Positions 11,030 through 23,300 of a stretch of DNA of 64,000 nucleotides are shown in pieces. A program made the position numbers and the translations under genes. Each line of letters opens with the position of its first letter. Positions within the stretch are counted from its first letter, which is position 1. Below the pieces are notes generated by a model. That model saw only the letters and a program-made list of their open reading frames with translations. It had not been told where the DNA came from and made no database searches. The DNA is from Eledone cirrhosa (Eukaryota): positions 125,364,001 to 125,428,000 of the forward strand of contig OZ024744.1 in assembly GCA_964016885.1 (NCBI GenBank). The letters run 5' to 3'.

Positions 11030-12908
11030 ATGTTAAACGCAGCGAACGAAAATAGTGGTGGGGGGACAGCGGTAAGAGTTGTAAGCTCGCACGCTTTAGT
11101 CCTCCCTTCCTTCCCAACTAACGTCATAGAGAAGGAAGGAAAAATGAAAATAAAAACGGACGAATCTGCGGAGAAAAAATTAAATGTCGAAAACAACGAA
11201 GAAAAAAAATTTGAAAAATTGCATGACAATACTAATAACACAAACAAAGACACAACAAACAAAAAAATAACAGTTGAAAATAACATAATATCAGAAAACA
11301 AAGCAGACGACAAGACTTCATTTGCACAGAAAACAAAGAAATCTTTGACTTATATAGCGGAAAACATTTCAGATGTGGTACGAAGGATCACGGACGCAAA
11401 ACAATACATAAGTGAAGGTGAGAATGGTATTTTATTGGTAAAAATGCCTCAAGAATTCACGAAAGACATTGAAAGCCGAACGGTCAAGTTTCGGACCATC
11501 AACAACAGTACAAAAAAACCTGAACAGCCTTCTCAAGCAGATATCAAAACAGTACTCGCAGAAGTACTGAATGAAACAACTTTCATAAGAAAAGACAGAC
11601 TGTATGGAAGCCTAGCAATTATCATGAAGAACGAATCGGCGGCAAAAAAAATGTGCTTTGTCACCGATTCGTTCGAAAAATTTCACCTTTTATCCATCTT
11701 ATATGGGAAAAAAAACTCAACGCATATGGCTGGATGCAATGATGCCAGATGTGGACTACTGCTGGCTCATAGCTGGCTTCATCGATCCAGTGAATGACAA
11801 CGTGATTTCCATTGGGAAAACCACAGGCAATGCGTTCAGTGGAACAGGTATAGAGCTGGTAGTACAAATGAAGCCTGAACGCATCGCCCAAATACCCGAC
11901 AGAATCCTATTAGAGGACCACGGGTATATAAACATTAGCGTGGAGGGGAGAAGGCCGTCCTGCCATATCTGTGCAGGCAGAGGGCACCTGAAGGCCGCTT
12001 GTCCCCAGCTCAACAAAAAGAAAACCCTGCTACCAACACCAGCTCCACCACCACCACCACAACAGATAAACAAACAACAAAACTCAGTCCCACCCAACCC
12101 GTCCCTCAGTAACACCACAACACCACCACAACACAAACAGTCACAACACATTACCCCAAAACAAAATACAGGCCCACCCAACCTCTCACTCAATAAAACA
12201 ACACAACCACCGCAGACACAACACACAACACAGTCTAACATAGTGACATCCATCTCCCCCACAAAGAAAACCAACACGGAAACATTACCAGCAAACATAC
12301 CTCTTCCCTCCAACACTGAAGATAACCCAACGAATTCGGAGGAAGAAACGGAGTCCTTCAGACAGATTAAAAGGAAAAAAAGAAAACATGTGCAAAACAC
12401 ACAAGGACAAACAACCCCCACCCAAATCGCAACACAATCTAACAAAACAGAAAACACCCCTCCAGCAACAAACAAAACCAAACCTGCCCCTCCCCTCTTC
12501 GAAACACTCACACCATCGGAAAAAAAGACATTACACTATACTTACATCAACAGAAACAATAATAAATTAAATGAACTCATATACAATAATCCTTCGGTAC
12601 AAACCGAAGGTGTAAACTTTGTTTCATCAGAAAACCACCCACATTTAAAACTAATAAAAATCCCAATGAACCTCTACCAAAAACTAAAAAAGGATTTTAA
12701 GGAGGACGTAGGACCACCCTCTGTCAAACCCATAAACCGCGTCCTACTAAAAAGCTTTCCCCCTCCCCTTCCCCTCCCCAACACAACTCCAAACACCCCA
12801 ACCCCACCACACACCGACGACCCCACACCACCACAAGACACCCCTTCACCCAACACCCCCGACCCCATGGAAGTCGTGCAACCCGAACCCCGGGAAGCGG
12901 AAAGGTAG
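11030..12908 (+). CDS. LINE ORF1 (gag-like, CCHC zinc knuckle), split by a +1 frameshift near the A8 run at 11644-11651
   Basis: Overlapping ORFs 11030-11797 and 11658-12908. CHICAGRGHLKAAC fits CX2CX4HX4C, followed by a Pro/Thr/Asn-rich tail. Removing one A gives ...AAKKCALSPIRSKNF... Confidence 0.8.
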
Positions 12909-12941
12909 GTCTCTACACTCTCCTTTGGCTCTGCCGCCCAC

Positions 12942-15900
12942 ATGGATGTGTTAAGAGTAGGATGTTTGAATGCACGTGGCCTGGGCTCAACTTGGAAGCA
13001 AGCAAAGCTTCTAAATGACCTCAGGTCATGTAGTATAAATGTAATGGTTATCTGTGAGACTCGAATCAGCGTCATGCGGCAGCTGGCCCCCACCTTCGAT
13101 GACTTTGAGGTGCATGCATCTCTCTGTCAACCTGGAGGTGGGGGTGGGGTTGTCGTGCTGATGCAAAAACACCTGGGTCTTGCCGTACAGGTTGTGCACT
13201 CGGACCCGGAGGGTCGTTTGTTGGTGCTAGACGTTGGCAGTAGTGAAAGTGCGGCCTTGAGACTGGTCGCCGTCTACTCCCCTTTCGGAGCTGAACGGCC
13301 CGACTTCTTCCAGCGTTTGGAGACTTTTCTGGGAACGTCGCGTTCCCTGCTTCTAGCGGGGGATTGGAATGACATCCTAGATGCACGTTGGGACTATGCA
13401 GGAGCATGTCCTAATAGAGGGGGGTGTAACAGCCTCAAGGGGTTACTCGACCGTTTTAACTTGGTCGATAGATATCGACTAGATTTTCCAACTGTGCCTA
13501 CCTGGACTTGGAGAAACCACAGTGGTCAATCTAGATCGTACTTAGATAGATTCTTAGTTAGAAGTAAGGATAGGGACATATTAAGCTGTCCAGAAATGCG
13601 CACGGTTGGCTACACGGATCACAAATTAGTGACCTGCGTGGTCAATCTCGAGAAAACACATAGACAGGGTCCCGGTTACTGGAAACTTAATTTGTCTTTA
13701 CCGGCAAAAGAGACTTACAGAAACCGGATTAGCAGATTAGTTAAGGAGAGGTTGACGGGTGCAATCGTCAACAACCGATGGTGGGCATCTCTCAAAAGAG
13801 AGATTAGAACAGAATCAATAAGTTATAGCAAGATGTTAGCTGCCAATAGGAATAGAAACGAGAAAGAATTAACAGGTAAATTAGAAGAGGCAATCAAGAG
13901 CGAAGATGTGGCCAGAGTGCTGGCATCGAGGACGGCCTTGAACCAGTTTTTCGATGCAAAGCATGAAGGCTGCGTCATTCGAAGTAAAATACGTGCTCTA
14001 GGTAATGAGGGGGCCAAAGCCGTTGGATGGGCCCGCGTGACAGAAGCTAAAAGTGGAAATCGATCCACCATCCGGTCGTTGCAAGACGAAGATGGACGAG
14101 TGATCCGGGAGCCTAAGCAGATGTGCGAGGCCTTTCAAAAGCACTTTGCCCGATTGTTCGGGGGAGGCGAGGGTCCGGGCCGGGGCGTGGATTTCGGTCC
14201 ATACCTCGACGGCCTGCCGCGTCTCTCGAACAAAGAGGCAGAGTCCTGCGAGGGACCAATCTCGGCTGATGAGATCGGAGATGCGCTGAGCCAATGCAGC
14301 AGACGCAAATCTCCAGGTCTCGATGGTATACCTTACGAACTTTATTTAGCAATGCCGGTCTTCTTCTCCGAACTCCTCGAAGCGGTCTACTGCAATTGGC
14401 AGCAGAACGGGAGAATTCCTTGTTCTGTAGCCAAGGGCGTAGTCACGCTGGTGAGGAAGGACGAGAACAAGGGGGATAGTATAAATAATTTTCGGCCCAT
14501 AACCCTGCTAAACACAGAGTTAAAGATTTTGGCCAAGGTGTTAGCAAAGAGGTTGGCGCTTGTCGTGGGTGGCCTGGTGGGAGATGCGCAGACATGTGCT
14601 ATCCCATCCAGGTCCATTCACGATAACCTCCACCTCATGCGATACATCATAGAGAGGGTTGGCAACAAACCCGGCTTCGGTGGGGCCCTGATCAACTTGG
14701 ATCAGTCTAAGGCCTTCGATAGGGTCGACCATGGTTACCTGGATGCGGTGCTAGCGGCGGCTGGGTTCGGTCCTGTTTTCAGAGGCTGGATCACTGCCCT
14801 ACATAGCAACCACATCTGTTCTAGGATCAAGGTGAACGGCTACCTTTCGAAGCCGTTCGAAATCACACGATCCATTCGACAGGGGTGCCCTCTCTCCTCC
14901 CTTCTGTACGTATTGACTCTCGAGCCTTTACTGAGGAAGTTGGAGTTGTTGCAGGGTATCCCCCTGGAACCAGGATTGAGCAAAGCGGTGTCGGCCTACG
15001 CCGATGACGTAACAGTAATGGTATCAACCGACTCGGAGATCGAGGCGATCGGTACCTTACTGGAGGAGTACGAAAGGTTGTCAGGAGCGAAACTGAACCG
15101 GGAAAAATCCATCGGGCTGCAACTCGGAACGTGGAGAGGCAGACCGATGCCTCCCGATGGTGTCGTCGGACACTGGACGGAGGGCCCGGTAAAGTTGCTT
15201 GGGGTCTGGTTTGGACCGGACCTCCAGGTGGAAAAGAACTGGAACGAGGTTACGAACAAGGTGTTTGCACTAACCCAGAAATGGGCCAAGTGTAAGCTGT
15301 CCCTAAAAGGCCGGGCGGAGGTGGCGAACATTTATATAGCGTCCGTCACTTACTACCGCCTGACTGTCGTGCCTTGCCCTAAGGAAACACTCACCACCAT
15401 GGAACGCATGCTCTTCCAATTTCTTTGGAAGAAGCGTCCTCCTATGGTGAGAAGATCCATCTGCTGCCAACAACCTTCGAAAGGAGGGCTGGGGATGCCG
15501 TGGTTGATGATGCGTAGGCACGCATTAAGGCTACGGCACCTACAGGTATTCCTCACTGGTCAACCGGTGTGGGCTCCGTTCGTGAAACGAGCCTTTCCGA
15601 GACTCGTCTCACTCACCGAGCTACAATCCTGGGTCAAGCAAAGATCCGGAAAACTGGGAGACTGGCACACTGAGTGTGCTCAGGCGCTCAGGGCTCTCTG
15701 GCAAGCGGGCCGGGCCATCGGTGGAGAATCCACCTCATCATTCTATAGAGGGCTGGTGGCTAGCAGGGGCGATGACACCCTTGGAGAGTCGCTGGACATG
15801 GAAGAAGACGAACTGGCCAGCCTGTTCGGTAGGACTTTCGGCCCAGGACCAATGGACAACTTCCAGAAGTCACTGGCCTGGCAGTGCTACCGAGGGGCTC

Positions 15901-16379
15901 TACCCGTTCGAGAGAGGCTCTACAGACACGGGCGCCCGGGCAGGGATCCCTCAAAAAAGATTTGCCCTAGATGCGTGCGTCACGAAGAAACCGTGGCGCA
16001 CGCATTGGTGCAATGTCCGGGCGTGGCTGATCTGTGGGGCTACGCCGAACAACTGCTGTCGCGGGTGGCGCCGATTAAATTGACAGCCGAGTCCGTGATG
16101 ACAATCAAACCGCCTCCCCTCTTCACAAAGGAAGCAAAGGCGGTTTTTCTGTGCGTAATAGCCATGTTGAAAGAGGTTGTTTGGTGGACACGATTGAAAG
16201 GTCTGAGGTCAGGCAACTTCCTCTCTGGCCATAGTCTGGTCTACTTCTTCCGATATCACTTCGGAAGAAGGATAAGAATGGAGAGAGAGGTGCTTGGCCA
16301 CAGGCAGTTTTATGAAAGGTGGGTGATAGTGGCGAGAATGGCTCGTGTAAATGGGCCTTCTCTGTATACCATCCTGTAG
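12942..16379 (+). CDS. LINE ORF2: APE endonuclease + reverse transcriptase + C-terminal Cys/His finger (Tx1/L1 group), 1145 aa, intact
   Basis: LNARGL, ICETR, LAGDWN, SYLDRF and TDHK (APE); GPGYWKLN; KSPGLDG, FRPITLLN, LDQSKAFDRV, RQGCPLS and AYADDV (RT); GGLGMP; CPRC..EETVAHALVQC. Confidence 0.95.
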   Translation: MDVLRVGCLNARGLGSTWKQAKLLNDLRSCSINVMVICETRISVMRQLAPTFDDFEVHASLCQPGGGGGVVVLMQKHLGLAVQVVHSDPEGRLLVLDVGSSESAALRLVAVYSPFGAERPDFFQRLETFLGTSRSLLLAGDWNDILDARWDYAGACPNRGGCNSLKGLLDRFNLVDRYRLDFPTVPTWTWRNHSGQSRSYLDRFLVRSKDRDILSCPEMRTVGYTDHKLVTCVVNLEKTHRQGPGYWKLNLSLPAKETYRNRISRLVKERLTGAIVNNRWWASLKREIRTESISYSKMLAANRNRNEKELTGKLEEAIKSEDVARVLASRTALNQFFDAKHEGCVIRSKIRALGNEGAKAVGWARVTEAKSGNRSTIRSLQDEDGRVIREPKQMCEAFQKHFARLFGGGEGPGRGVDFGPYLDGLPRLSNKEAESCEGPISADEIGDALSQCSRRKSPGLDGIPYELYLAMPVFFSELLEAVYCNWQQNGRIPCSVAKGVVTLVRKDENKGDSINNFRPITLLNTELKILAKVLAKRLALVVGGLVGDAQTCAIPSRSIHDNLHLMRYIIERVGNKPGFGGALINLDQSKAFDRVDHGYLDAVLAAAGFGPVFRGWITALHSNHICSRIKVNGYLSKPFEITRSIRQGCPLSSLLYVLTLEPLLRKLELLQGIPLEPGLSKAVSAYADDVTVMVSTDSEIEAIGTLLEEYERLSGAKLNREKSIGLQLGTWRGRPMPPDGVVGHWTEGPVKLLGVWFGPDLQVEKNWNEVTNKVFALTQKWAKCKLSLKGRAEVANIYIASVTYYRLTVVPCPKETLTTMERMLFQFLWKKRPPMVRRSICCQQPSKGGLGMPWLMMRRHALRLRHLQVFLTGQPVWAPFVKRAFPRLVSLTELQSWVKQRSGKLGDWHTECAQALRALWQAGRAIGGESTSSFYRGLVASRGDDTLGESLDMEEDELASLFGRTFGPGPMDNFQKSLAWQCYRGALPVRERLYRHGRPGRDPSKKICPRCVRHEETVAHALVQCPGVADLWGYAEQLLSRVAPIKLTAESVMTIKPPPLFTKEAKAVFLCVIAMLKEVVWWTRLKGLRSGNFLSGHSLVYFFRYHFGRRIRMEREVLGHRQFYERWVIVARMARVNGPSLYTIL

Positions 16380-16869
16380 GTAAAGAAGTAAAGGAGAGGG
16401 GAGCACCTTCTCCATGTGCTCCCCGGGCAAAGGATTGCACACTTTTTCGGGGGTGTGTGCAACCCCCATCACGTCCCCTCCCTTTTGAGGTTATTTTCGA
16501 TTATTTTCATGTTACACCCTTTTTACTCGATTATATGTAAACTCCCCCTTTGTATTTGTCCTTTCTTTTTATGCCTTTATGGTAAATAAAGAAATCTATC
16601 TATCTATCAAAGGCTTCCTTCTCTGGAAAAAGATGATTTAATATTCACAACCATCTGTCTAATTGTTTTCTGATGAGAATAAAGTTAATCTTGCTTGTAT
16701 GTCTACCTGATCAAATGACTGGCTGATATCTTGAAGTCATTTACACCACAGAACTGTAGGAGTCTTGATCCCTCAAGCCATACCTCTAGCCATCATGTAC
16801 TCCAAAAGAGTCTCACCTTGGTGCTACTCAACATGTCCATTAAATTTAGCAGCAAGGATGCCCTCTTCT

Positions 16870-17620
16870 TAGTGAGAGACAACTACAAGAGAGGTTCTTA
16901 GAGAAGAATAAGCCACTATAGTTAACTTTTGTTGACATAGAGAACCCCGATCTGTCATCTGGTGGTCCTTAAGGAAACTAGGTGTAGGGGAATGGCTTGT
17001 GAGGACAGTGCAAGCTATGTACAAGGGTGCTGTCAGTAAAGTGAGAGGAGGAATTCCAGAAACAAAGTAGGTGTACATCAGGGTTCGGTCCTCAGTCCGC
17101 TCTTGTTCATTATAGTCCTCCCTCCCTCCCTCCAAGCCATAACAGAGGAGGAGTAGTTTAAGACTGGATGCCCATGGGAACTTCTCTATGCTGACGATCT
17201 GGTTCTTATAGCAGAATCAGTAGAGGAGCTAGCTAGAGAATAAATTCTGGCTATGGAAACAGCAGTAGTTGGAATCAAGAAGACTGAGAGTGAACCTAGC
17301 TAAGACAAAAGTGTTTATAAGTAGAAGAGAGGACAAAACTCTGATTCTGTCAGGGAAATGGCCATGTTCGATATGTAGGAAAGGAGTTGGCATAAATTCT
17401 ATGAAATGTAGTACGCAATGCAGATCTTGGCTACACAAGAGATGTAGTGGGATAGCAGGAAAACTGACTGACAGGTAGGGAGAAATACGTATGCAGTAGA
17501 TGTACAGGGAAATTTGACAGAGATTGCAGTGATAGACACATTTTTCAAATGCAGGTGGGATCTATAGAGGGAGTTGATAGCTTCTGATACCTAGGTGATC
17601 AGATTAGTAAGGGAGGAGGG
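16870..17620 (+). mobile_element. Degenerate RTE-clade RT fragment; copy B at ~54510-55277
   Basis: Remnants of VHQGSVLSPLLF, LLYADDLVL, LRVNLAKTKV and GKWPCSICRKGVGINSMKC, interrupted by stops and frameshifts. Confidence 0.8.
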
Positions 17621-18160
17621 TGATATAAAATATATTGTTATCATGACTGTCTTTATTATTTAAATTACCTCTGTCTATTTACAGATTTTACAGAGTGTAC
17701 TGGGTGCTTTTATGATGGGAGCAGCAACTCTATACGATTTTACAGAGTGTACTTGGTGCTTTTATCATGGCACATGGCAGCAGCAGCAGCAGCAGCAGCA
17801 GCAACTACGATTTTACAGAGTGTACTTGGTGCTTTTTACTCTGACATCAGCACTGAGGAAGTTGTCATATTTTCAGCTAAATTAATGAGTAGAAAAACCA
17901 AGTTTCTGCTACAAAAAATTCTCAGATTCAAGGGAGACATTCAGTTTAAGTATGGTATACTGTCACTAAGGCAGCAAATTGGCAGAGTCGCTAGAATATC
18001 AGATAGCATTCTTTACATTATTTGTTTCAGCTCTCTGTTCTCTCAATTCAAATCCTGCTCAGGTCAACTTTGCCTTTCATCCATACAAAATAGATTAATA
18101 AAAGTACCAGTGTATTACTGGGGTCAATTCTTCTTCTAACTCTTCTGCACTTCCATTCTC

Positions 18161-18197
<37 letters not shown>

Positions 18198-18439
18198 GCT
18201 TCTTTAGAACACATCTGCTGTATTCAGACCTGGAGCGGAGATGGGCTCCACCAAGTTTTAAAAATTGCCCTTTAAGCGCTGTATGTCAATATGGTGCCCC
18301 TATGATTCCCTCCCTCAGGAGTTATGGGACCATAGATACTGTCAATTGTAAAGAATAACAGAGATATTCAGTGCTAGTGTGGTGTTCTGTCAGTTGTGGA
18401 GATTGATGAATCTAAACAGAAATATCAACAGCACTTTTC

Positions 18440-18620
18440 ATTTCTGAGTAACACATTTGTTACCAAGTGCTGCATGGCTGGAATGAAAATCAGTGCTGTG
18501 AAAACCAAGACATTCATCCTCTCAAGGAAGCTTGTGCAGTGCACTCTACATGTAAATGGAGTCCCACTGAAGCAGGTAGAAAAGTTCATGTATCTCGAAG
18601 CTGTGTTCACGAGTGATGAC
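18440..18620 (+). mobile_element. Short LINE RT fragment
   Basis: GMKISAVKTK...NGVPLKQVEKFMYL resembles the RT domain 6/7 motif (GLxINxxKTK...FxYLG). Confidence 0.6.
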
Positions 18621-18667
18621 AGAGACGGCAAAGGCACAACACACAACAGAAGAAAAGAACAATGACA

Positions 18668-18700
<33 letters not shown>

Positions 18701-18763
18701 TGTTTTATTAGTTTTATTATAATAAAAATTGTGCTGTTAGTTTGCTTGCTATACCATCATGTA

Positions 18764-18850
18764 CCCTAACCCTAAACCTAACCCCAACTCCAACTCTGAC
18801 CCTAAACCTAACCCCAACCCCAACCCCAACCCTAACCCTAACCCTAACCC
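18764..18850 (+). repeat. Interstitial telomere-like (CCCTAA/CCCCAA)n; copy B at 56416-56514
   Basis: ccctaaccctaaacctaaccccaa...ccctaaccctaaccc directly abuts the 169-bp repeat. Confidence 0.85.
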
Positions 18851-19773
18851 ACGATAGAAGACGTTCGTTACCGCTGGAGCAACGCAAATTACTCCTCGGT
18901 TGACGCCAAAAACGAACGCCTTCTCGACGGCTAGCCGCATTTCGTGATCCGCCTTTCGATTGCGCTTCCGTCGCGGAAAAAGAATTGCCTTTATAGGCCG
19001 CCGCCGCCCGACCGGACCCACGATAGAAGACGTTCGTTACCGCTGGAGCAACGCAAATTACTCCTCGGTTGACGCCAAAAACGAACGCCTTCTCGACGGC
19101 TAGCCGCATTTCGTGATCCGCCTTTCGATTGCGCTTCCGTCGCGGAAAAAGAATTGCCTTTATAGGCCGCCGCCGCCCGACCGGACCCACGATAGAAGAC
19201 GTTCGTTACCGCTGGAGCAACGCAAATTACTCCTCGGTTGACGCCAAAAACGAACGCCTTCTCGACGGCTAGCCGCATTTCGTGATCCGCCTTTCGATTG
19301 CGCTTCCGTCGCGGAAAAAGAATTGCCTTTATAGGCCGCCGCCGCCCGACCGGACCCACGATAGAAGACGTTCGTTACCGCTGGAGCAACGCAAATTACT
19401 CCTCGGTTGACGCCAAAAACGAACGCCTTCTCGACGGCTAGCCGCATTTCGTGATCCGCCTTTCGATTGCGCTTCCGTCGCGGAAAAAGAATTGCCTTTA
19501 TAGGCCGCCGCCGCCGCCCGACCGGACCCACGATAGAAGACGTTCGTTACCGCTGGAGCAACGCAAATTACTCCTCGGTTGACGCCAAAAACGAACGCCT
19601 TCTCGACGGCTAGCCGCATTTCGTGATCCGCCTTTCGATTGCGCTTCCGTCGCGGAAAAAGAATTGCCTTTATAGGCCGCCGCCGCCGCCCGACCGGACC
19701 CACGATAGAAGACGTTCGTTACCGCTGGAGCAACGCAAATTACTCCTCGGTTGACGCCAAAAACGAACGCCTT
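18851..19773 (+). repeat. 169/172-bp GC-rich tandem repeat (5 full units + 1 partial), rDNA spacer-like
   Basis: Units start at 18851, 19020, 19189, 19358, 19530 and 19702. The length difference is one extra GCC. The array ends ~360 bp upstream of an 18S 5' end. Confidence 0.92.
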
Positions 19774-20131
19774 CCGGTTCGGGCGACGTAAAAGTCTGTA
19801 GCCTTTTCGCCGATCCTCGACGATTATCCGCCTTCCGAACAACCGCCTTTCCGCCGTCACAGCAGTAGGTACTCGTCCGTCGTAATAGCCGTCATTTTAA
19901 TGCAGGAGAAACGCCTAAATGCACTGCGATTGACGACGATCTACGACGCGCTTACTCTTCCTTGCTGCGACGAAGGTTTCGTTCGGCTTTTCGTCGTGGA
20001 CCCGGTCAGGTCATGCCTCTGATCTCGCGTTGCGTCGTTACCGCTGGAGCAACGCAAATTACTCCTCGTTTAACGCCAACATCGAACGCGCTTCGGTTCT
20101 CGGTCGTCGTTGTTTTGTTTCGTGCGGAAGA

Positions 20132-20315
20132 TACCTGGGTGATCCTGCCAGTAGTCATATGCTTGTCTCAAAGCTTAAGCCATGCAAGTGGAAGTTCATG
20201 CCGTAAACGAAAATGGTGAAACCGCGAATGGCTCAGGAACCGGATCTAATCCTCGGGACCGTATTCCTCACCGCGAGGAGAGGATAACTGTGGCAATTCT
20301 AGAGCTAATACATGC
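20132..20315 (+). pseudogene. 18S rRNA 5'-terminal fragment
   Basis: tacctgggtgatcctgccagtagtcatatgcttgtctcaaagcttaagccatgca, gaaaccgcgaatggctca and ggataactgtggcaattctagagctaatacatgc match the universal eukaryotic 18S 5' end. Collinearity stops at ~20315. Confidence 0.93.
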
Positions 20316-20320
20316 AATTG

Positions 20321-23300
20321 AGATCGGAGAGGGAGCGATCCGTCTGCTTGATTCCGATAACGAACGAGACATTCGTATCCGAAAGAACGTTTGTCTGGAA
20401 ACTGGTGCAGTCAGTGAGTCGAAAAAAAAATATCTCGGTGGTAGTAGCAAATATTCGAACGAGACATTCGTATGCGAAAGAACGTTTGTCGGTGGTAGTA
20501 GCAAATATTCGAACGAGACATTCGTATGCGAAAGAACGTTTGTCTGGAAGTGGCGATCCATGCCCGGTGGATAGTTGGTTCCGGGTTTTACTATGATTGT
20601 TGCAAAACAGAAACTTAAAGGGATTGACAGAATTTGCGATTCCGGAGAGGGGGCGATCCGTCTGCTTGATTCCGATAACGAACGAGACATTCGTATCCGA
20701 AAGAACGTTTGTCTGGAAACTGGTGAGTCAGTGAGTCGAAAAAAAAAATATCTCGGTGGTAGTAGCAAATATTCGAACGAGACATTCGTATGCGAAAGAA
20801 CGTTTGTCGGTGGTAGTAGCAAATATTCGAACGAGACATTCGTATGCGAAAGAACGTTTGTCGGTGGTAGTAGCAAATATTCGAACGAGACATTCGTATG
20901 CGAAAGAACGTTTGTCTGGAAGTGGCGATCCATGCCCGGTGGATAGTTGGTTCCGGGTTTTACTATGATTGTTGCAAAACAGAAACTTAAAGGAATTGAC
21001 AGAATTTGCGATTCCGGAGAGGGGGCGATCCGTCTGCTTGATTCCGATAACGAACGAGACATTCGTATCCGAAAGAACGTTTGTCTGGAAACTGGTGAGT
21101 CAGTGAGTCGAAAAAAAAATATCTCGGTGGTAGTAGCAAATATTCGTATGCGAAAGAAAAGATCTCGGTGGTAGTAGCAAATATTCGAACGAGACATTCG
21201 TAGGCGAAAGAAAAATATCTCGGTGGTAGTAGCAAATATTCGAACGAGACATTCGTATTCGAAAGAACGTTTGTCTGGAAGTTGCGATCCATGCCCGGTG
21301 GATAGTTGGTTCCGGGCTTTACTATGATTGTTGCAAAACAGAAACTTAAAGGGATTGACAGAATTTGCGATTCCGGAGAGGGGGCGATCCGTCTGCTTGA
21401 TTTCGATAACGAACGAGACATTCGTATCCGAAAGAACGTTTGTCTGGAAACTGGTGAGTCAGTGAGTCGAAAAAAAAAATATCTCGGTGGTAGTAGCAAA
21501 TATTCGAACGAGACATTCGTATGCGAAAGAACGTTTGTCGGTGGTAGTAGCAAATATTCGAACGAGACATTCGTATGCGAAAGAACGTTTGTCTGGAAGT
21601 GGCGATCCATGCCCGGTGGATAGTTGGTTCCGGGTTTTACTATGATTGTTGCAAAACAGAAACTTAAAGGGATTGACAGAATTTGCGATTCCGGAGAGGG
21701 GGCGATCCGTCTGCTTGATTCCGATAACGAACGAGACATTCGTATCCGAAAGAACGTTTGTCTGGAAACTGGTGAGTCAGTGAGTCGAAAAAAAAAATAT
21801 CTCGGTGGTAGTAGCAAATATTCGAACGAGACATTCGTATGCGAAAGAAAAATATCTCGGTGGTAGTAGCAAATATTCGAACGAGACATTCGTATGCGAA
21901 AGAACGTTTGTCTGGAAGTGGCGATCCATGCCCGGTGGATAGTTGGTTCCGGGTTTTACTATGATTGTTGCAAAACAGAAACTTAAAGGGATTGACAGAA
22001 TTTGCGATTCCGGAGAGGGGGCGATCCGTCTGCTTGATTCCGATAACGAACGAGACATTCGTATCCGAAAGAACGTTTGTCTGGAAACTGGTGAGTCAGT
22101 GAGTCGAAAAAAAAATATCTCGGTGGTAGTAGCAAATATTCGAACGAGACATTCGTATGCGAAAGAAAAATATCTCGGTGGTAGTAGCAAATATTCGAAC
22201 GAGACATTCGTATGCGAAAGAACGTTTGTCTGGAAGTGGCGATCCATGCCCGGTGGATAGTTGGTTCCGGGTTTTACTATGATTGTTGCAAAACAGAAAC
22301 TTAAAGGGATTGACAGAATTTGCGATTACGGAGAGGGGGCGATCCGTCTGCTTGATTCCGATAACGAACGAGACATTCGTATCCGAAAGAACGTTTGTCT
22401 GGAAACTGGTGAGTCAGTGAGTCGAAAAAAAAATATCTCGGTGGTAGTGGCAAATATTCGAACGAGACATTCGTATGCGAAAGAACGTTTGTCGGTGGTA
22501 GTAGCAAATATTCGAACGAGACATTCGTATGCGAAAGAACGTTTGTCTGGAAGTGGCGATCCATGCCCGGTGGATAGTTGGTTCCGGGTTTTACTATGAT
22601 TGTTGCAAAACAGAAACTTAAAGGGATTGACAGAATTTGCGATTACGGAGAGGGGGCGATCCGTCTGCTTGATTCCGATAACGAACGAGACATTCGTATC
22701 CGAAAGAACGTTTGTCTGGAAACTGGTGAGTCAGTGAGTCGAAAAAAAAATATCTCGGTGGTAGTAGCAAATATTCGAACGAGACATTCGTATGCGAAAG
22801 AACGTTTGTCGGTGGTAGTAGCAAATATTCGAACGAGACATTCGTATGCGAAAGAACGTTTGTCTGGAAGTGGCGATCCATGCCCGGTGGATAGTTGGTT
22901 CCGGGTTTTACTATGATTGTTGCAAAACAGAAACTTAAAGGGATTGACAGAATTTGCGATTACGGAGAGGGGGCGATCCGTCTGCTTGATTCCGATAACG
23001 AACGAGACATTCGTATCCGAAAGAACGTTTGTCTGGAAACTGGTGAGTCAGTGAGTCGAAAAAAAAATATCTCGGTGGTAGTAGCAAATATTCGAACGAG
23101 ACATTCGTATGCGAAAGAACGTTTGTCGGTGGTAGTAGCAAATATTCGAACGAGACATTCGTATGTGAAAGAACGTTTGTCTGGAAGTGGCGATCCATGC
23201 CCGGTGGATAGTTGGTTCCGGGTTTTACTATGATTGTTGCAAAACAGAAACTTAAAGGGATTGACAGAATTTGCGATTCCGGAGAGGGGGCGATCCGTCT

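Larger units (their letters stand above)
10795..16593 (+). mobile_element. Full-length Tx1/L1-group non-LTR retrotransposon with a 22-bp target-site duplication
   Basis: TSD atctatctatctatcaaaggct at 10773-10794 and 16594-16615. The empty site is present once in copy B (54235-54256). Two ORFs; AATAAA at 16585-16590. Confidence 0.93.

Noticed and set aside
11756-16540. Antisense and alternate-frame ORFs within the Tx1 element (likewise 43382-45361 in CR1)
   Set aside because: Shadow ORFs of the LINE coding sequence.
10795-16593. rDNA-specific R1/R2 insertion
   Set aside because: The element is an APE-type Tx1/L1 LINE inserted in a microsatellite more than 2 kb from the rDNA-like cassette, not in 28S sequence.
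18717-19860. ORFs MGPVGRRRPIKAILF...
   Set aside because: Antisense reading of GC-rich tandem repeats with no coding signature.
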